A DNA stretch of 56,027 nucleotides, the filler included, from Sphacelaria rigidula (taxonomy: Eukaryota), in assembly GCA_964200075.2 (NCBI GenBank). It is 5 parts of 5 records of this genome, joined end to end, with 100 filler letters (N's around TTAATTAATTAA, not from the genome) between each part and the next. Parts side by side here need not be neighbours in the genome. Positions count along the whole stretch, not along the records: positions 11,228 to 22,354 come from CAXNAA020005351.1; 4 more parts are not named here. One strand, given 5' to 3'. Under the pieces are notes generated by a model. The model did not search any database. It saw only the letters and a list, made by a program, of their open reading frames with translations, and had not been told where the DNA came from. Position numbers and translations under genes: made by a program. Every line of letters begins with the position of its first letter. The stretch's first letter is position 1. Shown in pieces: positions 11,398-22,454 of the stretch.

Positions 11398-11952
11398 GAG
11401 TTGTACGAAGCTCTCGAGGCACCGCTGCTCAGCGTGGAAGAGCGGCTGGACGTTCTGCTCCATCTCAAATGGACCGTGAGCGCCTTTGACTGCAGGCTGA
11501 CCCGCGATATCACCGAACTCGTTGACAGGTACGGTGTACCGTGCTACGAGATGACCAGCCGCCCTTCGGCTGCGTTTCACGGTCGACCACCCCATGTGCC
11601 CCCCCCTACCCCATCCCCTCTGCCCCCCCCCCTCTGTTGACCAACCCACGTCGTTGCGTGACGACAATCCACAAGAACAAATTTCACCAGATTTCTCGCT
11701 GAAGCATGAAATCCCCCAATATAAGTCCGCACGCGTTGCTTTTCCTCCCTTTTTCAACCCCTCCCCTTCCTCGAGACGAGTTCGTGGTCTCAGGGGACCA
11801 ATCCACCGCTCCCCCGGTACACGCCTCCCATGTCGGTGTAAATTCGGATTGAACCCAGCACCCCCGGACTGCGTCAACTCTCCTCACAACAAACTTCCCT
11901 TGCTACTCACGCTCTCACGTCTTCAACGACATAAATCATGTTGATATTCCTG

Positions 11953-12006
<54 letters not shown>

Positions 12007-12605
12007 TGCATCTGCCGGAATTCGAAACTCCATCATTTTTGTATCTACCTGCTCTCAGTGGTACCAATTGGATCACAGGGGGGCGCGATGGCCCTCATTG
12101 TACAGTACAAAACTCCTTCCTTGCAGGCCTGCTGTTTTCTGTGATCATCAGACGGGAAAACTCTGCTTTCGACTTTCAACATCGCTGAGAAACATATGTG
12201 CTTCTTATTATTCCAGACGCGCCGAACGTCACCCTCCCCACCCCGTCCCACCGACCGTAATCACCTACTACACATCATTACACATGCCGCGTGGGTGCTG
12301 CGCAGCACTCTATATACACCCTAGTGGGTACCTAATCGCTACAAGTTCACCGACCCCAACATGACCACACACGCATACATGCATACATGCATCATAAAAC
12401 ACACAGGGAGGCGGACTTGCTGAGTCGAGGGAGGGGCGAGGCAAGCCTCCGACCGCTGCGTCAGAGGATCCGCAACCTGTTCTTGCGGTTCACGGAGACG
12501 CCTGACTTCAACCCGGAAGCCACGCGTTTCTTGCGCGTGCCGCCCAAGTACGCAAAGCTCACGGAACAGGGGGCGGCGGAACTCACCACCGTTTCTTCTT
12601 GTTGA
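11398..12605 (+). CDS. IQUB: IQ and ubiquitin-like domain-containing protein (flagellar radial-spoke protein), last two exons
   Basis: Exons 11398-11528 and 12407-12605 (GT-AG, phase 2) give ERLDVLLHLKWTVSAFDCRLTRDITELVDR|EADLLSRG...LRQRIRNLFLRFTETPDFNPEATRFLRVP, matching the conserved IQUB C-terminus. Confidence 0.88.
11955..12004. repeat. (CA)n microsatellite in the IQUB intron
   Basis: About 25 perfect CA units. Confidence 0.95.
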
Positions 12606-12715
12606 TGACCTTCCGTAGTTTCCATCATAGTATTTTTTTTTTCCCAAAAGTGAATGCTCACTGCACTGCACTGATCGAAATTGACGTGAAATGATATGTA
12701 GCACCTTGACAACAG

Positions 12716-12717
12716 CG

Positions 12718-12760
<43 letters not shown>

Positions 12761-12762
12761 AC
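12716..12762. repeat. (CAA)n microsatellite
   Basis: About 14 CAA units downstream of the IQUB stop. Confidence 0.9.
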
Positions 12763-13050
12763 AAGCATTTCGAACTACAGTACCCGTCTGAGAACGCATC
12801 CAGAACGCACTTAACATAATTTTGCGGGGGTGGGGGGGGGTGGGGGGGGTGAATCTGCAATGTTTTGTGTGTGCACGCCTTTGCATGCGTGCTTTGCCAA
12901 AAACTAGAGTTTGCGGATGCCGTCGGAGAGAGGGGAGGGGTGTACTCATTTGTTGTTGCCTCAAGTCATTTGGCCATTGGCCATGCATCCTTTTCGAGAC
13001 GGAGCTCGGGGGGAAGGAGGCTGGGTGTCTTGAGCTTCTCTGCTATGAGG

Positions 13051-13277
13051 GAGTGATGCTACGGTAGGGTTGCAATTTTTGAGCGGAAATGTTTCTCGGG
13101 GTGTTACAGGGATCATTTCAAGACTGAAAATGATGCCGATTCACGAAAAGGCCCCCGTGTGCATCTCCATGTCCTGTCCCCGGAGATTTGAGTTGCACAG
13201 TAAGCCCCATATATTTGGGCTCCTACAAGAAACGATACCCAGAAACAAAAAGTGCAACCCCTATCGTGGCATTGCTC
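13051..13277. mobile_element. MITE with GAG...CTC termini and 4-bp TSD (Sola2-like)
   Basis: TIR GAGTGATGCTACGGTAGGGTTGCA / TGCAACCCCTATCGTGGCATTGCTC; flanked by GAGG at 13047-13050 and 13278-13281. Confidence 0.75.
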
Positions 13278-14139
13278 GAGGATGGTTGGCCATGAGGATT
13301 ATTGGCCATGAGGATTGTTGGCCATTGTTGCCGCAGTGCCGAAGGTATTCAAGGATGATGCCCATTCTCGTCGTATTTCCTCGGACAAGGTGATGCTCAG
13401 ACTGCTTGTGTTCTCATGCGCAAGTGGTCCAAAGGGGGCTCCTTAGACGAGAGATAACTCTCTTGACCCCGCTCAAGTGCCAACTTCGACTATTGGGCAC
13501 CCCATAGGTCGCCAAAGAGCACATCTTGGTATATTTTAACTGATGAATGTGTGTGTCGATATGTCGATACTGCCACTTAGGCGGGGGGGGGGGGCGGGGT
13601 GGAAGTCAACCAACCCCACCATAGTACATGAATGTGCGACCGTACCTTGAGCGGCTATTTGTCAATGATACCTCCCAAAATCAAACCAGTTTGTCATCGT
13701 TTCTTGAGGCGAGAGTACAAACATAGTAGTTCGTACTTCCTCTGCGCCACAAGCAACGTCCGTTGTAGGGTGAAGATCGTACCTCACCAGCGGAGGTGCT
13801 CACGGTACTATAACTAGGTTTGTTGTTGTAAATATACGGTTATGGATATGCCCATTGAAAAAAGATATAAACATAGTCATGCTGAGAAATTTTAGCACGA
13901 ACTAGCCCATGTTTTGAATTTTTTGCAGATTTTTGTTTTCGTAGAATTATTCATTTTGTTTTAGAATCTTGATCTTTAATCGCCCATTACCCACCAAAAA
14001 AAACGATGGACTCTCCCGTGCAAACCTCTCCACGTCTTAAACGGAGAGGGCACCAGCAATCCTGCCAGGCAACTCAAGGGTGCCAAAGGACATTCTAGGA
14101 GGAGCGTTCTTGGCTCTATGGGCTTATCGAGCCACGCAA

Positions 14140-15157
14140 AGCGTGTGCTACGGTAGGGGTGCACAAATATTTTTTGAGGTTCGAAATATTAGAAGCCGGC
14201 TTTCTCACCCAAAAACACGACTAATGAAATATGAGAGAGCACACTGCGAGTAGGATTCCAGTGAGCTAGAGATACACGGAATTAATGTTCAAACGGCGAT
14301 GTCCTGATCCATATTCTTGTAAATCTCCCAATTCTAGACCATCTTCTATTATAGCAACAAATTCTCGATTTGTACAAATATGAGGATTTTCAGTCTACAG
14401 GCGATTTTCTTCCGTGGATTGATTTTTCGGACCCCAGTCCGTTGGGCAATATTTTTCGGTTAGCTCTGAGAAAACTCGATCAATCCTCCGATTCTCTCGA
14501 CGTTCACCTTCGGTCTATCACCTTCCTGCTCAAATCAGGACACTCCCGCATGACGCTTTATACGATGCCCCCCCCCCCGCCCCCCCTCGCCCGCTAAACC
14601 AGCCAAAAACTGTCACGAAGAAAATGGTCACACTGTACAGCGCCTGATGTTTGGTTCCAGGCTGGATGAAGCGCCTCATATAAGCGACATTGGCGGCATC
14701 GAACCCGAGCGTGGGAATGCCCAGCTGCTCGTTGTGCTCGGCTTTCTTCATTTCGATTTGAGTGTAAACTTTGCCGCCCCAAACCAGCCACTTTTTCGTG
14801 TAAATCTTGCTATTATCGTAGAAAGTGTTGCATCCCCCCCGATTTTCTCCCGATTAAAAGAAAAATCAGAGGAGATGCAGGAGTGTCCCGATTTGAGCTG
14901 GAAGGTGATGTATCGCAAGTCAACGTCCAGAGAACCGGAGAGTTGATCTGGTTCTCCCACAGCTAGCCGGAAAACATTGCCCAACGGACTGGAGCCCGAA
15001 AAATCAATCCACGGCAGAAAATCGCCTGTAGACGGACCGAAATCCCCACACTTGTACAAATCGAGATTCGTTGCCATAAAAGATGATCTTAGAATAGAAG
15101 CTCCTGAGTGAGAAAGATCTGGGGCCCGAATGTACAACGCCTACCGTAGCATGACTA
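14140..15157. mobile_element. About 1-kb non-autonomous element of the same TIR family, with a long internal inverted repeat
   Basis: Ends TGCTACGGTAGGGGTGCACA / TGTACAACGCCTACCGTAGCATGAC. Internal arms at about 14330-14550 and 14875-15095 are reverse complements. TSD not recognisable. Confidence 0.65.
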
Positions 15158-16246
15158 CGGTGTTGGTCCAGAGTACCCAACAAAACTGTGGAAAAACTGC
15201 AAAGCTCAGACAAACAAAGCCGGGGAGCTCCACTGTTGAAACGGACGTCGGAGTGACCGACCGTCGCTTCTTACCCCAACAAAGGCCGCGGCGCGCCGGA
15301 CGGTCAACAAGCAAAATCGGTCATTTTCTCACTCTCGGCCCCCCGGAAAGAAATATGTGTACCAGTAGTCGAGTGGAGGAGAGAGTAGATGCACATAATT
15401 ACCCCTGTGGCAAAACCATAGAGAGTAGAACGCATATAGTGGCAGAATGTTGTGAACTATACAAGGAGAAACGGGACGTGTTAGAGTGGGAAATGTGGGA
15501 AGTGAGCAAATGTGGCATGAAATCCATTTGAATCGTGGGGGACAAAAACGAGAAAGTGATCGCATCACTGGGAGATAGATGATGACCACAGACGCGCAAG
15601 AGGAAGGGGATAAGATATGTAAAAAGCTTTTGTGTAATGTAGGACTCGACTAGGAGTAGATACGGCGCTCCGCCTCGAAAGGGTTGCGCGGTCAATGGTC
15701 AAACGACTGAGGCAAGCAACCAGTGAGTACGCCCCTCCGGAAAAGGGACGAAATATTGTTGGGTCGAATGACCTTTTCTCGGCCGTTCGCCAAAGCAGGG
15801 TAATGAACGAGAGGACTAAGAGCACATAACGCAAGAAACACCAAAATATTTCAAAGGTACTATCCCCTACGGCATCGGACATCTTAAAGCGCCTGTGTAA
15901 GCAGGACCCACTGTACATGTGGTGCATCAAAAGTATGAAAGTTTCTGATCTTTTTTTGTCACACGCACAAACTGTGCGACAGCCGTTTTACATATATTCA
16001 TCCTGTAAAGGGGGGGAGGGGGGAAGGTTAACGTTGATCAATCCCATCACCATGACGTGTGTTGAGCGACTATTCTTCAACCCAACATGCATAAAATCAA
16101 AATCAAACAAGTGAAATAGTATTTTTTTGAGGCAAGAATACAGACAAATCTCGATTCATACGAAGTGTGTAATTCAAGGGAAAAGGCTGGGCAGGATTGG
16201 TCGGAGGGGGCATCATCGGTCGATCAACTTACCACACCCAAGGTTC

Positions 16247-16486
16247 CACACGTTGGACAAATCATGATCCATCTGAAAATCACTTCCTCTCAGTATACCG
16301 ATCCGAATCATGATCCAGATCATTTGCCCCCCCCTTTTCCATGTTTTTTTCCGTCCAGCGCCGGACGCCGGGCACGCCGAGTCGCGCAAAGGTTGCGCTT
16401 TGGCTGTTCTGACTCCGCGGTGAAATATATCCAACAGTCTTATTTCATTAGTCATTTCACATGGATCATGATTTGTCCGACGTGTG
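16247..16486. mobile_element. 240-bp MITE with 8-bp TSD
   Basis: TIR CACACGTTGGACAAATCATGATCCAT / ATGGATCATGATTTGTCCGACGTGTG; flanks CAAGGTTC / CAAGATTC (7/8). Confidence 0.8.
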
Positions 16487-17493
16487 CAAGATTCTTCTTG
16501 CATATCTCGCAGCAAGTCGTTCAATACGCAGCAATGCTCAGCAATCCTTCAAAAGGAATGCTCCAAGACAGAAGACGCGCGCTGAAAATACAAAAAAACT
16601 ACAAAGTGCGTTGTGCTTGTTGAGGGCTTCGGGTTGCCTGTCTACAATTCCTCTCGAAGGCCTACGGTGCTCTCCATCAACGAAAAACAAATATTAGTTG
16701 GACGAAGTCAACACTGGCGGTTGTTGTTGTCATTGCTGTGGTTCTTGTTATTGTCTTGTCATTAAAAAGACGTTCCAATATTAGCGTAGTACTTCTCTTG
16801 TATTCCCGTACTGGGCATCTGATGCGGAGACCCTCCATGGTCACAGGCTGACAACCCAAAACATGGCGTAAGTAAATAAAGATAATAAAATCGGACCTAG
16901 AACGGGGGGGGGGGGTACTCATTTCTTGCTTGCCTTCGTCGTTTGACCATTGACCACGCACCCCTTTCGAGACGGAGCAAGGGGGGCAGGGGGGGTAGCA
17001 ATAACAATACATCTATCGGCTTCCCTAGTATCACCAAGTAAAAAAACTCGTAGATGGAAGACGAAATCAGGTTGCACCGTTCACGTCGTCCATGTATCTT
17101 CACCCTGACATGGATGACGCTGAATCTCGTGCCGTTTTCCGGGGGCAAGGGCAACACACCCTCGTGGCTTCCAATTGGGCTTCTTTTTTTCTCGTTAAAG
17201 TTGACAAAACAAAATACGAACCCTGATGAGTTGGCAGCCCCCAAGCCTCCTCCCAACCACATAACCACGGCGAGCAACACCGAGAAACGTGCAATGAAAA
17301 ATGCCCCCCCCATCCCCCAAAGGAAAGCAACATAATCTCGCATTCCGCACAAGCAAGTGCGTGCACGCTCCATCGCGCAATTTCTGCTGATCTTTCATGA
17401 GGCGACAACTGAATGGCGTTCACACAAGAGTAGTATACAACCAAGCAATACAGTACAAACATCTCCTTCAACGAACATTCATACAAAAAAGAC

Positions 17494-19329
17494 CTATATC
17501 CGGCCGTCCGAGGACGCCTCCGCCAGGATCTTCAGCACTCGGCGAGGCAACACGCCGCTGGCAACGAACGCATTCCCGGCGGCTCCCCCGGGAGAAGCCT
17601 CGATCGCTCGCGCGCACTCCAAGCACCATTGCCATATCGCCCCTTCCTCATAACTCGCTTCCTCGTCCTCGAACCCGCCCCTCCCTCCGATCAGCCCCAA
17701 TCCCGGCGCCGCGCTCAGCGAGCCCAACGCTTCGTCGACGGCGCGCACCATCGCCGCCCAAACAGTCTCCGCATCACCACCGCTGGCAGCGGCGCCACCG
17801 TCGCCCCATCGGGCCCTGCGGGCGGCGAGATCACGTGCCGGCGCTAACCCGTTCTCTGGGCTCGAAGCACGCGCAACCGTCATCACCACCAGAGTGGCGT
17901 GGGCGGCGAGAAGCCGCCCGCGGGGACCGCCTCGCGTGGGCCTCCGTCGAGCGGCGCCGGCCAACCCCGCGACCTCCGCAAGCGACGCCAAACACTCCCC
18001 CAGCGTCGGATGCGCCAGCACGGGATACGACGGTGGTGGCCGTCCCCCGGTGGCACGCCATGATGCCGCCGCCTCCGCATCACTGATAGGCTCTGGCCAC
18101 GCTAGGTGACCCGCCGAGGTAAGAATATTGGTCAGCAAGCTGCAGGCGGTTATGAGGGGCGACCGCAAGGCCTCGGCGGCCTGCTCCACGAACTCGGGGG
18201 GCAACGAAGAAGGACCGTCGGCTGACGTTTGTCCCGCCGCCGCCGCCGCCGCCGGTACTGCGTCGGCGAAGAGAGACAGGAGAGCGGCAATCGCGGGTGC
18301 TCCCGCGGCGGCCACGTTACAGATTCGCGCCGTCACCCCTTCCTCGACCATCGCCGCGAGCGGCGCGGGCTCGTACGACAACGCTAGCATCGCGCGGAGG
18401 ATGTTGTGTAACGCCTCGTCGACCGCCGTCGCCGTTGCCACTTGCGCGCCGTCCCCGCTGGTAGTTTTAGCCTGCTGGTGGATGCTATCATCGTCGGCGT
18501 CGCGCATAGACAACGCAGCAAGCTGGCCGCCGACTCCCGGGAATGCGCGAAGGGCGGCGGTGGCGGAGGAGGGAGGGGGGGACGCCGTCGACGGCGGTGA
18601 AAAATAGGGAGTGCTGTCGTTCTCTAGCTCGCCGTCACTGTCCTCATCGTCGGAGTCGGGTGGCTGCAAGGTAACACAGTCGGACATTAAAGGTCGGGAA
18701 GGGAGGTGCGATGTCAGCGATGGTGGGGTAAGAGAGGTGAGGATTTCAACCAGAGCCATGTGAATAAAGCTGAAGAGAGCCATATTCTGTAGGGCGGCGG
18801 CTGTCGTACACCGAATAACTGCAACTTTGAGCTTTCTCCGCGTAAATACGTCGCCATACGGATGTATGCTGACCACGATCACCTCCTCAGAATAACAACT
18901 GGCGGTTGGTTGCCCAGATAAGAGACTCCATAAAATAGCCAGTCCCTGACAAAGCCGGCCGTTCAGGGAAAGGAAGCCAGTTCATAGTGGATCAGCTAGG
19001 CGATGGTTATTCAGTCTCTAAGGCGAAACGTAAAACAAAACACCCGACAAAACTCCAAGCATAATCCCCACCTCAGGTCTCGCGTTGAGCGCCAACAACG
19101 TCGGTAGAGCCTCCAAGAATCTCTGCGGCAGCGACTCAGGATCTTCGGCCATCCACACACCGAGAGCCCGCGAGCACTCCAGTCCCAGGCGGCGCAGCCT
19201 CCACAGGTCCAACGGAGACGGCGCGGCGGCAAGTGCCGCCGTGCTCTTGGCACCGCCCACGTCCGGCAACATACATGGTCGGAGCTCTGATATGAAATCC
19301 AACACACAGCCGAAAAGGCTGACCAACGT
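17494..19329 (-). CDS. Neurochondrin-like helical-repeat protein, last two exons (5'-partial)
   Basis: Exons 19329-19072 and 18663-17494 (GT-AG, phase 0, TAG stop); GC-rich coding composition. RALGVWMAEDPESLPQRFLEALPTLL resembles the neurochondrin motif R.LGAWLAEE...L....LPFL. The gene is well supported; the family call is moderate. Confidence 0.65.
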
Positions 19330-19495
19330 CTGCGTGCACGCATAGCCCCGTGAGGAAGGAGAGGAGGGGGGAGGGAGAGGAGATTTTCAATGGTACGGAG
19401 TGGGGGAGGGAGCGGCGGAGTAAGCCTTTGCTACGTCGAACGGACTGGACATTTTAAGACTCAGCCTAGTTCTCAAAACAGAATCGACAATTAAA

Positions 19496-21481
19496 CAGAG
19501 CTGTGAATTCTTTTGGCCAACCAGTTAATAGGTTGCAAAAAATTACAACCAGTTACAGAAATCAGTTAAAACTGGAAGCCGCCCCGCGACGCCGCCCAGC
19601 GTTGCCTGGCAATGCAACGCGTCGGAGTCGCGTGAACGGCCCCGGCGGGTGAGGGGGGCCCATCGGCGCCGCCGGAGGCAAGAAAATTACGCCATTTGGC
19701 TTCACATCTCTTCAAAATCGCGGTAAATTATTGTCGCCTGGCGCCAGCAATTCGAGCACATAATCGGTGCACATATATATATATATACATACAAGGATTG
19801 GACGGGGCCGCCTTGACGGCGGCCCCGTCCTCAAGTAGAGGCGTCCCGACCTCAAGTACAGGATGAGAAAATGCCATGAAAGAAGAGGTATACGCGTTGG
19901 TGTATGTAATGGCATCGGGGGATACCAAGAGAGTGAAGCTGTGGTGGTTGAGCGACACGTACAGGGATGCCGCAACGCACTTTGTTGGTGAGGTAGAAGA
20001 TGGTGATGAATATTACATTCACCGGTCAGCGCGAGCGATGAAGAGGCATATAGGGGTGAGGGGTGAGCTTGGAAGACAAAAAATGACGCGTAGAAAACAT
20101 GAAGGACATAACATTAACCGCACGACACGCAGCATGATACGTGACTATGTGGCAAATAGCAGGCAGATCGTAAGCCCGCCCAGCTGGACACGAAAGCAGG
20201 AAGGACAGCTGCTTACTTTGAAGGTGGAGACGGCCTACACTTGCCAACAGCAAAAGTCCTTCCATTTATCCAACCTTCAAACGAGAGGGTCAATCGGGTC
20301 AATGTACTTCGGCAACCTCCGGTAAAAAGTTTAATTCACCGATTCACCGATTCACCGACGCGCATTTGACCAAGGTGAACGAAAAGTTCAAACTTAGAAA
20401 TCTTCACTGGTGATGGGAGTTCCAGCGCTAGTAGACAAAAGCCGACTCTATAACTCTGAGATTATTGGACTCTCTCACTCTGCAGAACACGTGTGCTGTA
20501 CGCGCTCAAGCTAGCTTCGCCTTGCACTCTTCCATGCCATATTTTGATGTTTGAAACAACCATTGCTGATGCCACATGTCAGAGACTGTGGTGATGCCCC
20601 TTTACGATGGCCAAAGCGAACACATACTTTGGTTAGTGGTAACTATGCTTGTACACCTACGTTTCGCGTGCTTGAACACCGTGCTGTGATGGGAAAACTT
20701 TGTAGAGCATCCCTAGCTTTTTCAAAACGTCCCAACTTGTAAGGTTACGTGGAGGTGAAGGGTTGCTTAAAGTGTACTGTTTTCAGAGTAGTTCGAGTTG
20801 CCCCGCTTCGCTCTTGTGAGCCCGGTTCTCGTCAGTCGTGCGCCTAGAGCTCAGAACGTAATCCTAGGTACCCATAATGGGGGAAAAGAAAAATCACTGA
20901 ACTTTGCGACGTGAATTCAAATTGGAGCGGTGAGACAGTAGTGCAGCATACAGAGCGTTCCGCGTGTACCACTCAAGCGCCAGGAACTGCTAGTAGCACG
21001 ACAACTTGGTAACGTTATTGGGTGTGACTCCATCAGCCAGGAAAAATTAGCAGAAATCTCGACTCTTCCTCATGCTTCGGTATAACATAGTCTAGCCACC
21101 ACTGAACGCTAGTAACGCTTGATGCTGACAGAATAAAGCAAAGCACACACAACAACGCCACAAAACGCAGTTTTGCTTTCAGATCCGCTCAATTGACAGC
21201 TTTCCGTGCCCAATCTCTTTTTTTTTATTGTAATAGAATAAATTGCCTGCGATACTCATGTCTTCATCAATAAGGTGTGTGCGCTGTGCGGTCGTGTGCT
21301 CGCCTCTGAAATAACAGCATCCCCACGGTCATTGTAATAGAACAATACTTGATAAATATTGACTTGAGTATGGCACATATGTCGGGTGAAATAACTGGTG
21401 CAACTGGTTACAAAACCAATCAGTTAACCAGTTGCATCAGTTATCTATAACAGTTAAACCGGCAGCCAGTTCACATCTCTA
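19496..21481 (-). mobile_element. Non-autonomous hAT transposon (about 2 kb)
   Basis: TIR CAGAGCTGTGAA / TTCACATCTCTA; 8-bp TSD CAATTAAA / CAAGTAAA; subterminal (AC)CAGTTA repeats at both ends; minus-strand relic LLAVPGA*VVHAERSV (about 20945-21000) of the hAT dimerisation motif. Confidence 0.8.
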
Positions 21482-22084
21482 CAAGTAAACCTTTGGAGGT
21501 GTCGTTGTACATCTATTGGACTGTGTCAAATCGGTTCATGTACGAGATGGTGCGACAACCCAACTTCAGAGTGGTAAAAAGCCGAGTCATCGCAGCGCTC
21601 CCTTAAGTACCTGGGCGCCAAATCCTCTCCGATGCACCCTACGTTGACTGCTGGAAATATGTGGAAATTACCGTTATGGCACAACAAAATGCATGAGCCA
21701 CGACTCAGGGACCATGGTATACGGCATATTGTCTTGGAGAACGATACTCGCATACAGAGATGAGTAGCTCATCTGTAGCGTCGGGGTTATACCGGCATTG
21801 AAGTCAAGCTGGTGACAAGTGTGCCGGAAACGAGTCCAGCGGCCAAGCTGAACACATTCTGTAATTCATTGCAATCTATACCGGCGGCTGAACCAGCATT
21901 AAGTTATGAAGAAAAACGAGACGGGAGTATCGTCGTGTCCATCATGCGCAAGACCTTGTACACCGAAGCCAAGTGGCAGAGACCGGCCTTTTTTTTTTTT
22001 CACGTCTTAGATTCCTAGGCTGGTTTGCTCTGCCCTTTCTGTTTCTTCTTTTTCTTCAGCGAGTGTTTCCGCTTTGTTTTTTCT

Positions 22085-22180
22085 TGGGTACGTCTATCAT
22101 GTGACCACGGCTCGATCCCTGGGGGTCAGTTAAAGTGTGACAATCAATCAATCGAATCAACCAATCAAATCAATCAACAT
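22085..22180 (+). repeat. Interspersed repeat family B with (CAAT)n tail (LINE/SINE 3' end-like)
   Basis: gggtacgtctatcatgtg...gaccac...tccctg(g/t)gg(g/a)tcagt...gacaatcaatcaatc; also at about 39330-39420(-) and 42174-42250(+). Confidence 0.7.
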
Positions 22181-22354
22181 GGAACCAATTCTGACCGCCG
22201 TACCCCCTTGTAGCCTCCACAATGTGGAGTGCTCCGTCTCGAAAGGGATGCGTGGTCGACGGTCAAACCGCCATGGCAAGAAACAAATGAGTACACCCCC
22301 TGCCCCCCCCCCCACCCCGGTGGCCTCCACTAACCAACCATACCTTCTGGAGAT

Positions 22355-22454
22355 NNNNNNNNNNNNNNNNNNNNNNNNNNNNNNNNNNNNNNNNNNNNTT
22401 AATTAATTAANNNNNNNNNNNNNNNNNNNNNNNNNNNNNNNNNNNNNNNNNNNN
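22355..22454. other. Artificial contig linker
   Basis: N44-TTAATTAATTAA-N44. Confidence 0.97.

Noticed and set aside
17397-18607. Long plus-strand ORFs opposite the neurochondrin-like exon
   Set aside because: Antisense shadows of GC-rich coding sequence.
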